Assembly (NCBI GenBank): GCA_963804165.1
Contig: CAWDPO010000017.1
Location: forward strand, 128,001-192,000
Source: an uncultured delta proteobacterium
GTDB taxonomy: Bacteria > Desulfobacterota > Binatia > UBA9968
Direction: 5' to 3'
DNA length: 64,000 nt
Shown here: positions 38,816 through 49,548 of the stretch, in pieces
Layout: the number at the start of each line of letters is the position of its first letter
Position numbering within the stretch: the first letter of the stretch is position 1
Translations under genes and position numbers: made by a program
The notes under the pieces: model-generated
Told to the model about the DNA's origin: nothing
Seen by the model: the letters and a program-made list of their open reading frames with translations, nothing else
Databases searched by the model: none

Positions 38816-39806
38816 GTGGCTTACGATGACCGCAGTGTGAAACCGATGAGCGCCAGCTTGATGCGGGCGCGGATCGCGACCAAAATTTTAGCCGGACTAT
38901 ACGAAGAGGCGCCGACGATCTTGACCAGCGCGATTCGTTTGATGGTCGAATTGCCCGGCGGCAAGAAGGGTTCCGGAGCGCCCTATCCGTTTACCATCGG
39001 TGTGAGCCCAGCGTGGTGTAGCGGCTTGAACGGCGCGAAGCTGGTGGCGAGCGGCAAACTCGATCTGGTCTGGCTCAATCCCTCGATCATTCCTTCCATG
39101 GCCGTGCGCGGTGTCGGACCGTTTCAGAAAAAGAGTCCCCTGCGGGCGCTCGCGGTCTTTCCTTCATGGGATCGCTTGGTGATCGCCGTATCACCGAAAC
39201 TCGGTGTGCGAACGATGGAAGAGCTGATTGCCAAAAGACCTAAAATGCGGGTGTCGATCGCGGTCAACGACTGCGTCGATTTTGCGATCAAGTTTTTGCT
39301 CAAAGCGCACGGTATTTCACAACGAGACTTCATCAAGTGGGGCGGCAAGGTCGACGAAGTCGTGCGTCCGAGCAATCCGCACCGGCGCGAAGGAATTATT
39401 TTCGGCAAGCTCGACATGGTGATCGACGAAGGAATGGACTCCTGGGGCGACGTGGCGGTGGAGCACGGCATGATTTTCTTGTCCTACTCGGAACCGGTGC
39501 TGAAAAAATTAGAGAAGTATGGTTTTCAGCGCGCGCGCCTCGATCATGGCCGGATCGCCGGCATCAACGATCCAACGACGGTGGTGGATTTCAGCGGCTG
39601 GCCCATCGTCGTGCATAAGAAATTTCCTAACGAGCTGGCGTATCACATCGCCGCCGTGATGGACAAAATTCGCGAAGAGATTCCCTACGACGCCGCGGAA
39701 ACGCCGTCGATGAATCAGCTGTGCTCGAACACCGAAGCCGGGCCACTGGATTTTCCGCTGCACTCCGGGCGCGGAGAAGTATTATCGGGAGAAGGGATAT
39801 CTGTGA
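38816..39806 (+). CDS. TAXI-like solute-binding-fold protein (paralog of 8568-9620), +1 frameshift at ~39764
   Basis: WLNPS, LRALAVFPSWD, VDFSGWP; removing one base in cac-t-ccg gives HPGAEKYYREKGYL* (TGA 39804-39806), matching the paralog. Confidence 0.75.
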
Positions 39807-39848
39807 GGGGACTGGCTACTTCTGTTCGTTAAGAAGTTGCCTGTCCCC
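39807..39848. repeat. REP-like palindrome GGGGACWGGCWACTT..AAGTWGCCWGTCCCC (left of transposase)
   Basis: ggggactggctacttct-gttcgtta-agaagttgcctgtcccc. Confidence 0.8.
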
Positions 39849-39868
39849 GTTCTTTTAAAGGAGCGACC

Positions 39869-40441
39869 GTGCCAAGGATGCCGCGCAGTTTGCAGTCAGG
39901 CCTTATTTACCACGTAATCAACCGCGGTAACGGTCAAGCGAGAGTTTTTCACAAACCCCAAGATTATGAGGTGTTTCTTGATCTCCTCGCCGCTGCGAAG
40001 CGACGGAAGCCTGTCAAACTATTTGCCTTTTGTTTAATGCCAAACCATTTCCATCTTGTCGTCGAACCAGAAACTTCACTGGACCTGAGTCACTTCATGC
40101 AATGGCTCATGACGTGTCATGTACGACGTTACCATAGATATTACGAAAGTAGCGGTCATGTCTGGCAGGGCCGCTTCAAGAGTTTCCCAATACAGCGTGA
40201 TGATCATCTAGTGACTGTGTTGCGCTACGTCCGACAAAATCCGGTGCGTGCGGGTCTAGTCTCGATCGAATCGGCGTGGTCTTGGTCAAGCGCGATCCGC
40301 AGCGATCTACTTGATCCATCTCCGGTGGAGGATTGCCGTTACGAAGAAGCTTTGTCGACTGGCCAGTTGCGCGAGCTTCGGGAGCGTCTGAATCGGCAAC
40401 ATCCGTTTGGATCGGACGAATGGCGGCGGACGATCACGTGA
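39869..40441 (+). mobile_element. REP-associated tyrosine transposase (RAYT, IS200/Y1 HUH family)
   Basis: MPR.PR, YHVINRGN, CLMPNHFHL (HUH), WQGRFKS, YV.QNPVRAG, WSWSS; flanked by palindromes. Confidence 0.88.
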
Positions 40442-40474
40442 AGAGCATCGGAGAAGGGGGACAGCATCGGATAA

Positions 40475-40519
40475 GGGGACAGGCAACTTTTTCAAAAGAC
40501 GAAAAAGTAGCCAGTCCCC
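40475..40519. repeat. REP-like palindrome (right of transposase)
   Basis: ggggacaggcaactttttc-aaaagac-gaaaaagtagccagtcccc. Confidence 0.8.
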
Positions 40520-40529
40520 TTAATCACGA

Positions 40530-42803
40530 TCACGCTTTTTTCTGCATCGCCGCGAGTACGCGTTTCGGCGTGAACGGTCCTTCCCGCAGTCTTAGGCCAA
40601 CGGCATCGAAAATCGCGTTGGCGATGGCCGCGGCGGGAGGAATGGTCGCGCCTTCGCCTGCGCCGAGCGGCGGTACTTCCGGTCGGTTGATCAGCACGAC
40701 TTCGAGTTCCGGCAGGTCGGGGAAGCGCAGGATCGGGTAAGTCGCCCAGTCGAGGCTAGTGACGGCGCCGTTGGAATCAAAAGTCACTTCTTCGAAGAGC
40801 GCGCGACTGACGCCCTGAATCACGTTTCCTTCGACCTGGTTTTTAACGCCGTCGGGGTTAATCATGAGACCGCAGTCATGGGAACAGACGATGCGCTTCA
40901 CGGCGACTTGGCCGGTCGTTTTGTTCACCTCTACTTCTGCGACGGTCGCCACGAAAGTGTTGGCGCGCTGCGTGAGGGCGATGCCGCGTCCTTTTGCGAT
41001 GTTGCCGCTTGCCGTAGGCGCCGGCGACGGCCGTTTTTGCCACCCGGCTTTATCGGCAGCGGCTTGGAGACATTCGATTGCGCGTTTGTTTCCGGTTAGA
41101 TTTTTGAGCCTGAAGTCGAGCGGATCGGCTCTCAAGTCCGCGGCGATTTCGTCGATGAGCGATTCACTGGCGAAACAACGGGCGATGTCGCCGGGCGCGC
41201 GCAGATTGCTGGTGCGCAAGGGAATCGGCTCCGGGAAATGCCAGTTGACCAGCTCGGCGACAATCTTCTGATTGGGCACCACGTAAATTTCACCGCTGCT
41301 CTGCGTGCCGTTGTTGCCGCCCGGATTGGTCGGCCGTATTCCGACTTGCAGCGATGCGAGCAGAGGCGTCGAACCAGAAGCGGTCCACGGCTGACCATAA
41401 TCGACAAAGTCCCACGCCGAGAGTCCCCCATCGGCATCAACCGCAGCTTTGGCTTCATCGAGCTGCGCTGGTCCTTTCGGTTCCCAACCATGTTCATCAC
41501 GACGCGACCACTGCACGCGCACTGGGGCTCCGACCGCGCGGGAAAGCAGCGCCGCGTCTTCGGCGCCGTCATCAGTGCTCATGCGGCCATAGGAACCCGA
41601 CGCTTCGTGATAGATGATGCGTACGTTCTGCTCCGGGATCTGCAGCAAAGTGGCCACGGTGCTGCGCGTCCGGAACGGTCCTTGCGGTCCGGACCAGACC
41701 GTCGCCTTGTCGCCTTTGACGTCGGCGATAGCGCAAGAGGGTCCGATCATGCCGTGCATTTGAAATGGCCAACGGAAGGTTGCTTGATAAGTTTTTTTCG
41801 CCTGGCTCAATGCGGTGGCTGTATTGCCTTTATCGACGGGCTTGGTCGTGCGCGCCGGTTTGGTGGTTTTCAAATAGTTGTAAAGCTCTTCAGGATTAGC
41901 CGGCACCTTACTGGTGGGTTTGGACCAAGTCACCTTCAGAGCCTGAGCAGCTTTGATCGCGGCCCACTCTGTTTTGGCGACGACGCCGACGAATTTCCCC
42001 TCGCGCGCGATCATGACGACTCCGGGAATGCCTTTAATCGAATCCTGATCGATGCTCACGGGTTCGGTGTTGATCACGGGCGGGCGCACGACCCGGCCGT
42101 GCAGCATGCCCGGGATCCGCACATCATGAATGTAGTCATGCTCACCGGTCACCTTGGCCGGCAGCTCGACTCGTTTGACCGATTGGCCGACGATTTTATA
42201 TTGCTTGGGATCTTTGGCCTTAACTTCCGGCGCAACTTTCATGTCCCAGCCGGTGCCGCTGGCGCTGATCTTCGTGTTGAACTTTTTGCCGCCGATCAAC
42301 TGGCCGTAGGAAACTTTTTTAGTAGCGTCACCGGCGACGGTGACGACTCCATCGATGACGGTCAATTTATCCACCGGCGCATCGAGGCGGGCGGCGGCAA
42401 GCTTGAGCAGCTCTTGGCGCGCCGCGGCGGCCGCTTGTCTGATCTGCGGCCCGGCGCGCTCGATGGTACGACTGCCGACAGTGGAGCCTTGCTCAATCGA
42501 TGACGAGGTATCGCCTTGAACCATCTTGATATTGGCGAATGGGACGTCCAGTTCTTCGGCGACGATTTGAGCCAAAGCTGTGATCGTGCCCGTGCCCAGC
42601 TCGACTTTGCTCGTGTAGAAAGTGACGAGACCGTCGGGCGTGATCGCCAGCCACGAGTCGAGAGAAGTTGGGTCGATGTCGCCGGAAGGTAGTTTGGCGA
42701 ACTGCGCGAACACTTTGCCGGCGGGCGGAAGGATGTTGAAGCTGACAATCAGGGCGCCGGTGGTTTTGAGAAATTGTCTGCGATTAAGTTCCAGGGTCTT
42801 CAT
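40530..42803 (-). CDS. Xanthine-oxidase-family molybdopterin oxidoreductase large subunit (IorB/NicB-like), Tat signal
   Basis: NRRQFLK; K.ELG.G..TAL.QIVAEELD, PGMLHGRV.RPP, LRAPG, DPLDFRL, D.G..INPD...Q.EG, G.GE. Confidence 0.9.
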   Translation of the reverse strand: MKTLELNRRQFLKTTGALIVSFNILPPAGKVFAQFAKLPSGDIDPTSLDSWLAITPDGLVTFYTSKVELGTGTITALAQIVAEELDVPFANIKMVQGDTSSSIEQGSTVGSRTIERAGPQIRQAAAAARQELLKLAAARLDAPVDKLTVIDGVVTVAGDATKKVSYGQLIGGKKFNTKISASGTGWDMKVAPEVKAKDPKQYKIVGQSVKRVELPAKVTGEHDYIHDVRIPGMLHGRVVRPPVINTEPVSIDQDSIKGIPGVVMIAREGKFVGVVAKTEWAAIKAAQALKVTWSKPTSKVPANPEELYNYLKTTKPARTTKPVDKGNTATALSQAKKTYQATFRWPFQMHGMIGPSCAIADVKGDKATVWSGPQGPFRTRSTVATLLQIPEQNVRIIYHEASGSYGRMSTDDGAEDAALLSRAVGAPVRVQWSRRDEHGWEPKGPAQLDEAKAAVDADGGLSAWDFVDYGQPWTASGSTPLLASLQVGIRPTNPGGNNGTQSSGEIYVVPNQKIVAELVNWHFPEPIPLRTSNLRAPGDIARCFASESLIDEIAADLRADPLDFRLKNLTGNKRAIECLQAAADKAGWQKRPSPAPTASGNIAKGRGIALTQRANTFVATVAEVEVNKTTGQVAVKRIVCSHDCGLMINPDGVKNQVEGNVIQGVSRALFEEVTFDSNGAVTSLDWATYPILRFPDLPELEVVLINRPEVPPLGAGEGATIPPAAAIANAIFDAVGLRLREGPFTPKRVLAAMQKKA

Positions 42804-42819
42804 CGCTGAGCTCCTTTCC

Positions 42820-43284
42820 TTACACCAGCTGTCCCGACGCCCGTTTGACCGCTCTCAGGATGCGAAGATGGGTGCCGCAGCGGCACAGGTTCCCCGCCAG
42901 CGCTTCTTTGATCTGGCTGTCGGTGGGCTTGGGGTTTTTGTCGAGCAACGCTTTTGTGCTCATGATCATGCCGTTGATGCAGTAACCGCACTGCACCGCC
43001 TGTTCGTCGACGAAGGCCTGCTGGATTTTGTGCATTTTCTTCGTGGAGCCCAAGCCTTCGAGAGTCGTGACGGATTTATTCTGCGCGGCGCTGACGGGAG
43101 TGACACAGGAGCGGATGGCGTTGCCCTCCATGACGACGGTGCAGGCGCCGCATTGAGCGAGACCGCAGCCGAACTTGGGACCGTTCAATTGCAGATCGTT
43201 ACGCAGGGCGTAGAGGAGGGGCATGTCGGGCTCTGCGTCGACGACTTGTGGCTTACCGTTCACTCGCAAGGATATTTTTGCCAT
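42820..43284 (-). CDS. 2x[2Fe-2S] small subunit (IorA/CoxS-like)
   Basis: GCGLAQCGAC, SC, QCGYC, NLCRC. Confidence 0.93.
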   Translation of the reverse strand: MAKISLRVNGKPQVVDAEPDMPLLYALRNDLQLNGPKFGCGLAQCGACTVVMEGNAIRSCVTPVSAAQNKSVTTLEGLGSTKKMHKIQQAFVDEQAVQCGYCINGMIMSTKALLDKNPKPTDSQIKEALAGNLCRCGTHLRILRAVKRASGQLV

Positions 43285-43516
43285 AAGCGCACTCCTTTCG
43301 ATTTTCGTCTAAGGGTCGCAACAGTTTGCAGTAATCAGTTATCAGTGCCTCCGTTTGGAAAACGACGACTCTATAACATACTTGATGCCAGACAGCCATG
43401 GCGGAAATGGCGTCGCCACGAGCACGAACACGCTCACGATTTATGCCGCGACGCCATGAACAACCCTAGCGAAAGCTAACAACACGTCCCAACTATGTAC
43501 GTTCACGCCCCTTCGC

Positions 43517-44488
43517 CTATTTTCCGCTATTGAGCTGGCGCACGAAGCGATCATCGAAGAATTGCGCCGGCACAGCCTTCTTGGCTTCTGGAATGGTTTC
43601 CGACAGAAAATCCAGAATGCCTTGAACTCCCGGCTCGGAGATCATCAGCTCGCGCTTGAATCGCGCTTTGCGGTAAAACTCGTAGGTACGATCGATGATA
43701 TCGGGGTCGGTCTCTTTGGTATATTTGGCGATGACTTTCATGGTGAAGGGTTTGTCGCTGTAGTAGCGGTCGATGCCGGCGCGTACCGCGCGCAGCAGTG
43801 GCACCAAGCGGCCGGCCAATTCATCCATGCGGCCGCGCCTGATGACCACGCCGACATTTTGATAGGGCTGATCCAATGTAGTGGCCATGGAATGAAATCC
43901 GGCTCGATCGAGCTGGAAGCTCACCGGCGGAGCCGCTGAACCAGCGGCAACCTGGCTGGTTAGCAGTGCGGCGGCGATCTGCGCGCTCCCGCCCAGGATG
44001 CGCAGCTGAACATCTTTAGGAGTGAGTCCCAGTTTGCGCAACGCCACCAATGTGCCATACGCCACCGGACTCCCGGGTCGCTCTGTGCCGACAATTTTTC
44101 CTTTGAGTTGTTCGGCGCTCTTGATCTCTGGCCGTGCGTACAAATCCCATATCATCGTATTGAGCATTCCTGCGATGAAAACGACATCGAAGCCGCGCAG
44201 CGACGCGTTGATCAACGGGACCGCGGAGATTTGGACGGCATCGACCTCGTTGGCGATCAGCGCCGGCAGGGCGAGAGTCGAGGACATGGAAATCATCTCG
44301 ACGTCCAATCCCTCTTTAGCTAAACCGCCGGTCTCCTTGGCCATCCACATCGACGCCATCGTCCCCGATGTGAACAGGTACGCGATGCGCAGCGGCCGCA
44401 CCGCTGCCGAATAAGATTCGGAAGCTAGCGCGAATCCGAGCAGCAGGAAAATCGTCGAAACGATTTGCCCGCGTCGATTGATCCGCAT
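43517..44488 (-). CDS. ABC substrate-binding protein (SsuA/THI5-like)
   Basis: Signal peptide; KEGLDVE, LKGK.VG, GL.P.DV. Confidence 0.85.
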   Translation of the reverse strand: MRINRRGQIVSTIFLLLGFALASESYSAAVRPLRIAYLFTSGTMASMWMAKETGGLAKEGLDVEMISMSSTLALPALIANEVDAVQISAVPLINASLRGFDVVFIAGMLNTMIWDLYARPEIKSAEQLKGKIVGTERPGSPVAYGTLVALRKLGLTPKDVQLRILGGSAQIAAALLTSQVAAGSAAPPVSFQLDRAGFHSMATTLDQPYQNVGVVIRRGRMDELAGRLVPLLRAVRAGIDRYYSDKPFTMKVIAKYTKETDPDIIDRTYEFYRKARFKRELMISEPGVQGILDFLSETIPEAKKAVPAQFFDDRFVRQLNSGK

Positions 44489-44750
44489 GCGCGCGGTCTA
44501 ACATGGCGAGATGCAAGATTGCAACTTAGACGGCGGATCCTTTGTCGGTGTCTACAATTGCTGCGAAGGATGCCCCAGCCCTGACTTCATGCGTGACTGC
44601 GTTGATGGAGAATTCAATTTAGTCGTGATCGTCTGGCCAGAATTCAACGCTAGAGTACTCTTTTTACCATGATTGACAATTGTCTTGCGCGACACCCGCA
44701 TCACGTCCTACTTGTTATGGTAAGCCCAGTAGTCTTAGAATGATTTAGCA

Positions 44751-46511
44751 ATGAATACTGCCACCGCCCGCAATGAAGAATCCCGTCCGTCTGAGCTGAA
44801 GATGGATTCCAATCCAACCGGTCGTCATCCGTTGTGGTGGGCGTACGTGCTAGCGGTTGTCAGTACGTCGGCGACCATGATCTTACTTCTCAGTCTCGAT
44901 GCCTGGACGCCCAACCGGCCAACGCTGATCCTTTTTGTGATTCCGATCATACTTAGTGCGTATGTTGGCGGTGCCGGGCCGGGACTGCTCTCAACTGTTC
45001 TTGCCGCCGTGAGCACATACTTCTTTTCGAGACCGGCGGACGTCCTGTCTTATTTAATTTCATTTGATTTCGTCCAGTGGTTGACCTTGATCATTGCGGG
45101 CATACTCATCAGTTTACTCAACGAGGCCCTGCATCGATCCCGTCTTCGCGCCGAACTGAGCGAGAAGTTACGTCTTGCAGAGAATACCGCACGACTAGCC
45201 GTTACCGAGCAGCACCTGACCCTCGCACTCAATAGTGTCAACAAAAGATCGCAGCATCTCGCCGTGCTCAATACGATTGGAGCTGCAGTCAGCCAATCTC
45301 TCGATTTAAGCGTTATCGTTAAACAGGCCGTCGATAAGATCGCGGAGACGCTTGCTTTTGATGCGGTCTGGATTTATGAACTCGATCCCCGGACGAGAAT
45401 GTTGCGCATGATTGCCTATCATGGACTGAATGACGAGATGGCCAAAAGTATGGCAGAGCGCAGCATGGAAAGAGGTATCAGCGCACCCGTGCTAAAAACG
45501 GGCACGCGACTAGTCTTTGAGGACTTACAAAATGATGCTCGTTATCAGGGACTGAGTCGGGCAGGTACGGTTGCTTCGCTTGGTTTCAAAGCGGCTGCAG
45601 CGTTTCCGATTCGGACCAAGGACAAAATCATTGGGACGCTGCATGTGAGTAATCTTACAAAGCGTCAGTTCGCCTCGGAGGAACTACAGCTGCTCGAGTC
45701 CATCGCGCAGCAAGTCGGTGTCGCTTCGGAAAACGCTAGATTATTCGAAGAGCTCCGGGAGGCCAAAGAACGTGCGGAGTCATCCGATCGCGCCAAATCC
45801 GATTTCCTCGCTAATATGTCGCACGAGCTGCGTACCCCTTTAAATGCAATCATCGGCTTCTCTGAAATCCTCGTGGATGAGAAAGCTGGTCCTGTGAATC
45901 CGAACCAAAAGGAATTTCTAAGCGATATTTTGCAAAGCGGCCAGCACTTGCTCACGATTATTAACGACGTGCTTGATTTGGCCAAAGTTGCAAGCGGAAA
46001 ATTGGAAATGAAGGCTCAAAGTTTTTCGCTCAGGGAAGCAATTGCCGAGACATGCGGGATTGTTAAACCGATGGCGGATGACAGAAATGTTACCATAAAC
46101 GTTGATACGCCCGTCGAGAACGATATCGTCACCGTAGATCCGCTCAGGTTCAAGCAGGTTCTCTATAACCTGTTGTCGAACGCAATTAAGTATAACTACG
46201 ATAATGGCGACGTCAAAGTTGTGGTCTCCGTCGACGAACAAAAAGAGATCCGGTTACAAGTAAAGGACACAGGTATAGGTATTAAAGAAGAGGATTTGCC
46301 GCTCATCTTTGACGATTTTATCCAACTCAATATAACCACCGCGAAAGTTCAACAAGGAACGGGGCTGGGTCTCGCGCTAACTAAAAAAATCCTCGAATTA
46401 CAAAAGGGCTCAATTACTGCCGAGAGCGAAATTGGCCACGGAAGCACGTTTACCGTCGTTCTTCCACTTGCTTCAGAGCCCACCCAACAAGGCCGTGAAC
46501 ATGGCGGTTGA
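44751..46511 (+). CDS. Sensor histidine kinase (DUF4118-type TMs, GAF, HisKA, HATPase)
   Basis: FLANMSHELRTPLNAIIGF, NLLSNAIKY, DTGIG, GTGLGL, GSTF. Confidence 0.92.
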   Translation: MNTATARNEESRPSELKMDSNPTGRHPLWWAYVLAVVSTSATMILLLSLDAWTPNRPTLILFVIPIILSAYVGGAGPGLLSTVLAAVSTYFFSRPADVLSYLISFDFVQWLTLIIAGILISLLNEALHRSRLRAELSEKLRLAENTARLAVTEQHLTLALNSVNKRSQHLAVLNTIGAAVSQSLDLSVIVKQAVDKIAETLAFDAVWIYELDPRTRMLRMIAYHGLNDEMAKSMAERSMERGISAPVLKTGTRLVFEDLQNDARYQGLSRAGTVASLGFKAAAAFPIRTKDKIIGTLHVSNLTKRQFASEELQLLESIAQQVGVASENARLFEELREAKERAESSDRAKSDFLANMSHELRTPLNAIIGFSEILVDEKAGPVNPNQKEFLSDILQSGQHLLTIINDVLDLAKVASGKLEMKAQSFSLREAIAETCGIVKPMADDRNVTINVDTPVENDIVTVDPLRFKQVLYNLLSNAIKYNYDNGDVKVVVSVDEQKEIRLQVKDTGIGIKEEDLPLIFDDFIQLNITTAKVQQGTGLGLALTKKILELQKGSITAESEIGHGSTFTVVLPLASEPTQQGREHGG

Positions 46512-46698
46512 CACGGCAATATCGAACTCAAAACACCCTTAGAATACAGAATATGACGCCTGCCTAGTCAGTGTCAGTCCTGTCACGGGATTGACAACTG
46601 GAGAGTCAGTTGTCACGCCAAATAGTAGAGAATTCCACTTCTTACCCGGTGGACTGTTTGTTGCTTAAGCAGGGTTAGTATCCGACAGGAGAAACGAT

Positions 46699-46938
46699 AT
46701 GCGGACATTGCCTGACACTGAACTCCAAGCGACGCTTTTGAGGGAGATCATCGAAGTGAATGAAAAGAAGCAGAAGCTCGAAGAGAGTCTCAGGACAGCG
46801 GATGTGCAGAGCAAGTTGCTCATAGATAGCGCCGCGCGGAAGGATATCGAGGCGTATAAGAACCGTCATGGGGTTGCAGAGGTTGCCTACTTCGCAATGA
46901 TGGCCTCGGATAATGTACGCAAACAAATTCGAAAGTGA
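46699..46938 (+). CDS. Hypothetical protein
   Basis: 79-aa ORF with AGGAG RBS; coiled-coil-like. Confidence 0.45.
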   Translation: MRTLPDTELQATLLREIIEVNEKKQKLEESLRTADVQSKLLIDSAARKDIEAYKNRHGVAEVAYFAMMASDNVRKQIRK

Positions 46939-46948
46939 GGGCGAGACA

Positions 46949-47095
46949 ATGGAAGCCGAAAGGGACGATGGGTGTAGCTGCCCACGGTGTCACGACCACA
47001 TTCCCGAGCAGTTCTACTGCCGCAACTGCGGCTACGTGCCGAACTGGCGGCAGAGGGCGTACGAGGAGGCCGAGGCATGCAGGGAAGCAGCCTAG
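46949..47095 (+). CDS. Small zinc-ribbon protein
   Basis: MEAERDDGCSCPRC...YCRNCGYVPNWR (48 aa). Confidence 0.5.
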   Translation: MEAERDDGCSCPRCHDHIPEQFYCRNCGYVPNWRQRAYEEAEACREAA

Positions 47096-47470
47096 GCTTG
47101 AGCTAAATAACGGGTTTACGCGGGTGTCAGAATGTCGACAGAGTAGTCAAAGAGCAGCCTGTCGCATGAATTCCAGTCCCCTCAGAAGAGTCTTCAACGT
47201 CAAAAATCGCCCAATTTCCTTTATCGACCTCCACCATAACTCAGTCGCATTCTTGCCGCCAAAAGTCACGATGTTCGGTAGTGTCCTAATTTGAAATTCA
47301 AATTCTACGACTTGCTGAGTACCTGCAGTTTTTTAAGGTGTTAGACAAATCAGTTCAATCCTCAGGGATAACGTCTTCGGTGAGAGGCACGATTCATCGC
47401 GTCCTTCTCCACCCGATGGTTCGGCAACATTGACGATGTTCAGACAGAGCGCGTGCGGGATGAAAGAGAC

Positions 47471-48420
47471 TCAATTCCCCTTAATCCCAATCTCCTTCTG
47501 CGCCTCTCTGAGAATCGAGATCCGCAACTTCGCTTAATGCAACCTCGCGGTTTACCCACGCTAACTCTTTAATCTCCTCGATTATCAGTCGAAAGCCGTT
47601 TTCTGACAGGCTTCCACTGTCATTGGTGGCTTTCGATAAAAACTCGTATGTTCCTGTGGCTATTTCTCTATCGATCCTCTGCCACTCCATCAGAAACTGA
47701 ATCGTTCCGTCGCGATTTGTCCTGATATAGTGGCTGGCCTTGATGCCGCCTCTGATAACTCGCTTGACTTCGTCGGGTTTTCCTCTGATTTTCATTGTCG
47801 TGGTGATCAGACCACCCTCGGGATAGGTGAATATCTCATAGGCTCGCGCGAGGACATTCAATCAATCCCAACTTTCTTGCCTGAAGATCGAGGGGGACCG
47901 GGACTACCGTTGCGTCGATAACCCTGCTGGAGACGGGCAAGACGGCCTTCGGTAAGACGTCCGAAGCGAACTTTACGTCTTTCTGCGGCTCCAGACCAAA
48001 ATGCTTGACGATCAATCGCGCATGGCGATCAGGACCACCCCCAGGAGTCCCGATCACAATTGTTTTTCCCTTAAGCTCTCTAACGGTTTTGAGATCACCA
48101 CGGGCCACGAGCGTCTGCGAGCTGCCTTGTATATAGGAGGCAACGACTTTAAGTGGTAGACCTTGGATCGCTCCCCGTATAGCACTGATGCCTGTAATAT
48201 AATCGGCTTCTCCGCTAGTCAGCGCCGCCACTGCGACAGTGCTGGACATCCGAACGATCTCGGCTTCGAATCCCTCCTCTTTCAAGAATCCTTTCTTCTG
48301 CGCTAGAGGGAAAGGGGTAGAACTGGCTCCTGGAGCAAAACCCATCCTGATCTTATCTGCCGCATGAGCCGAGGCCTGAAAAACACAAATCGCGAGAAAA
48401 ACTGCAAAAAACATAGGCAT
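47471..48420 (-). pseudogene. SsuA/THI5-like substrate-binding protein pseudogene (about four frameshifts)
   Basis: KKGF.KEEG, ELKGK; frame breaks at ~47960, ~47920, ~47862 (attg duplication) and ~47518; homologous sequence continues in other frames to ..REAQKEIGIK. Confidence 0.75.
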
Positions 48421-48439
48421 TGGATACCCCTATCCGACT

Positions 48440-48542
48440 GTCTGCCTCCTGTTAAATGACCCGCTTTAGGAGATGACAAACGCCGGTCCGCCTATCTCAT
48501 ATAGCGGCTCCAATTTTCAAACCGAAATCGTTCGCAATATCC
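48440..48542 (-). repeat. Second copy of the shared ~100 bp leader (see 36765-36864)
   Basis: Alignment by eye; includes AGGAGG on the minus strand. Confidence 0.65.
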
Positions 48543-48553
48543 TTCGTTTGCCA

Positions 48554-49270
48554 TCAAGATGGGGGTGCTGATGGATGCTGCGTTTTTTCTCTTTGCATGA
48601 CATTATATGCAAAATACAACTGCCTATCAGCGCGCAATACTTTCACCGTTAGCTTGTCCCCAGGATGTTTTGTGCTCATGATCCTGAAGATAGAGAACGG
48701 CTCCGTTATCTCACTACCATCGAGTTCGATCAGTATATCGCCATTTCGCACGCCCGCATCCGCCGCTGTTCCCCTAACGCCGACGATCCGCAACGGCCTT
48801 GCCGTCCAATCTACTGCGATCCCCGCGACAGTATCCGAGAGCTTTACAAATCCTTTGCGCTCAGCGTCTCGCACGCAACTCTCTCTGTTTTCGGGGGAAC
48901 ACGAAAGCGTACTGCCTTCGCTATTTATGAGTGAGACGGTCTCGGGCGAATCGCGGTTCGATTGAGAAAATAGAAGAATTGCAACGGCCAAAATAATAAG
49001 ACCTACTGCAGCCGCTAATATCAGTCCAGCGATCAGCTTGGGTTTTCGTTTAAGTTCAGTTGGATTAGCCCGCTGCTCGACAACCTCGCTTCTTTGCTTG
49101 ATGGCGCGAAAATCTTTACGTTCATTCTCTGCTTTGACCTCACTGTCCTCGCCGAGCGTGTCATTCTTCATAACAGACATTTGCTGTTTCGAAGGCGCAC
49201 CACAATGCGGACAAGCAGCAGCGCTTGTGCTGACTTTGTCTCCACATTCATAACATGCTATCAGCGCCAT
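48554..49270 (-). CDS. Zinc-ribbon + single TM + PDZ domain protein
   Basis: MALIACYECG..VS..A.ACPHCGAP; TM; A.DAGVRNGDILIELDG...PGDKL.V.V.R PDZ. Confidence 0.75.
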   Translation of the reverse strand: MALIACYECGDKVSTSAAACPHCGAPSKQQMSVMKNDTLGEDSEVKAENERKDFRAIKQRSEVVEQRANPTELKRKPKLIAGLILAAAVGLIILAVAILLFSQSNRDSPETVSLINSEGSTLSCSPENRESCVRDAERKGFVKLSDTVAGIAVDWTARPLRIVGVRGTAADAGVRNGDILIELDGSEITEPFSIFRIMSTKHPGDKLTVKVLRADRQLYFAYNVMQREKTQHPSAPPS

Positions 49271-49548
49271 AGTTGATGTCGGTTTTTCCAGGAAAACGGG
49301 GTCAGAGTGAGCTGCCCCCACTTTGTGCACATATTTAAGAGGCAAAAATTACATAATTAATTAAGTGTCTGACACCGATCCCGTTGCTAGATTACTTCAG
49401 AGCGCTGTTCAGAACATTCGCCAGGCGGACTCCGGCTTTCCTTAGGTTTTCGCGCGTTGCGGGTAATGCTCGATTATCCTATGTGGCGTCGAGCCGCGCG
49501 ACGTTGTCGCCGTGGTGTCCTAGAACACATGTCTGCGTTGACCGGCGG

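Noticed and set aside
41238-42503. Long antisense ORFs (also 5510-6676, 1262-2089, 18678-19514)
   Set aside because: These are shadow ORFs opposite well-supported genes in GC-rich DNA and have no recognisable motifs.
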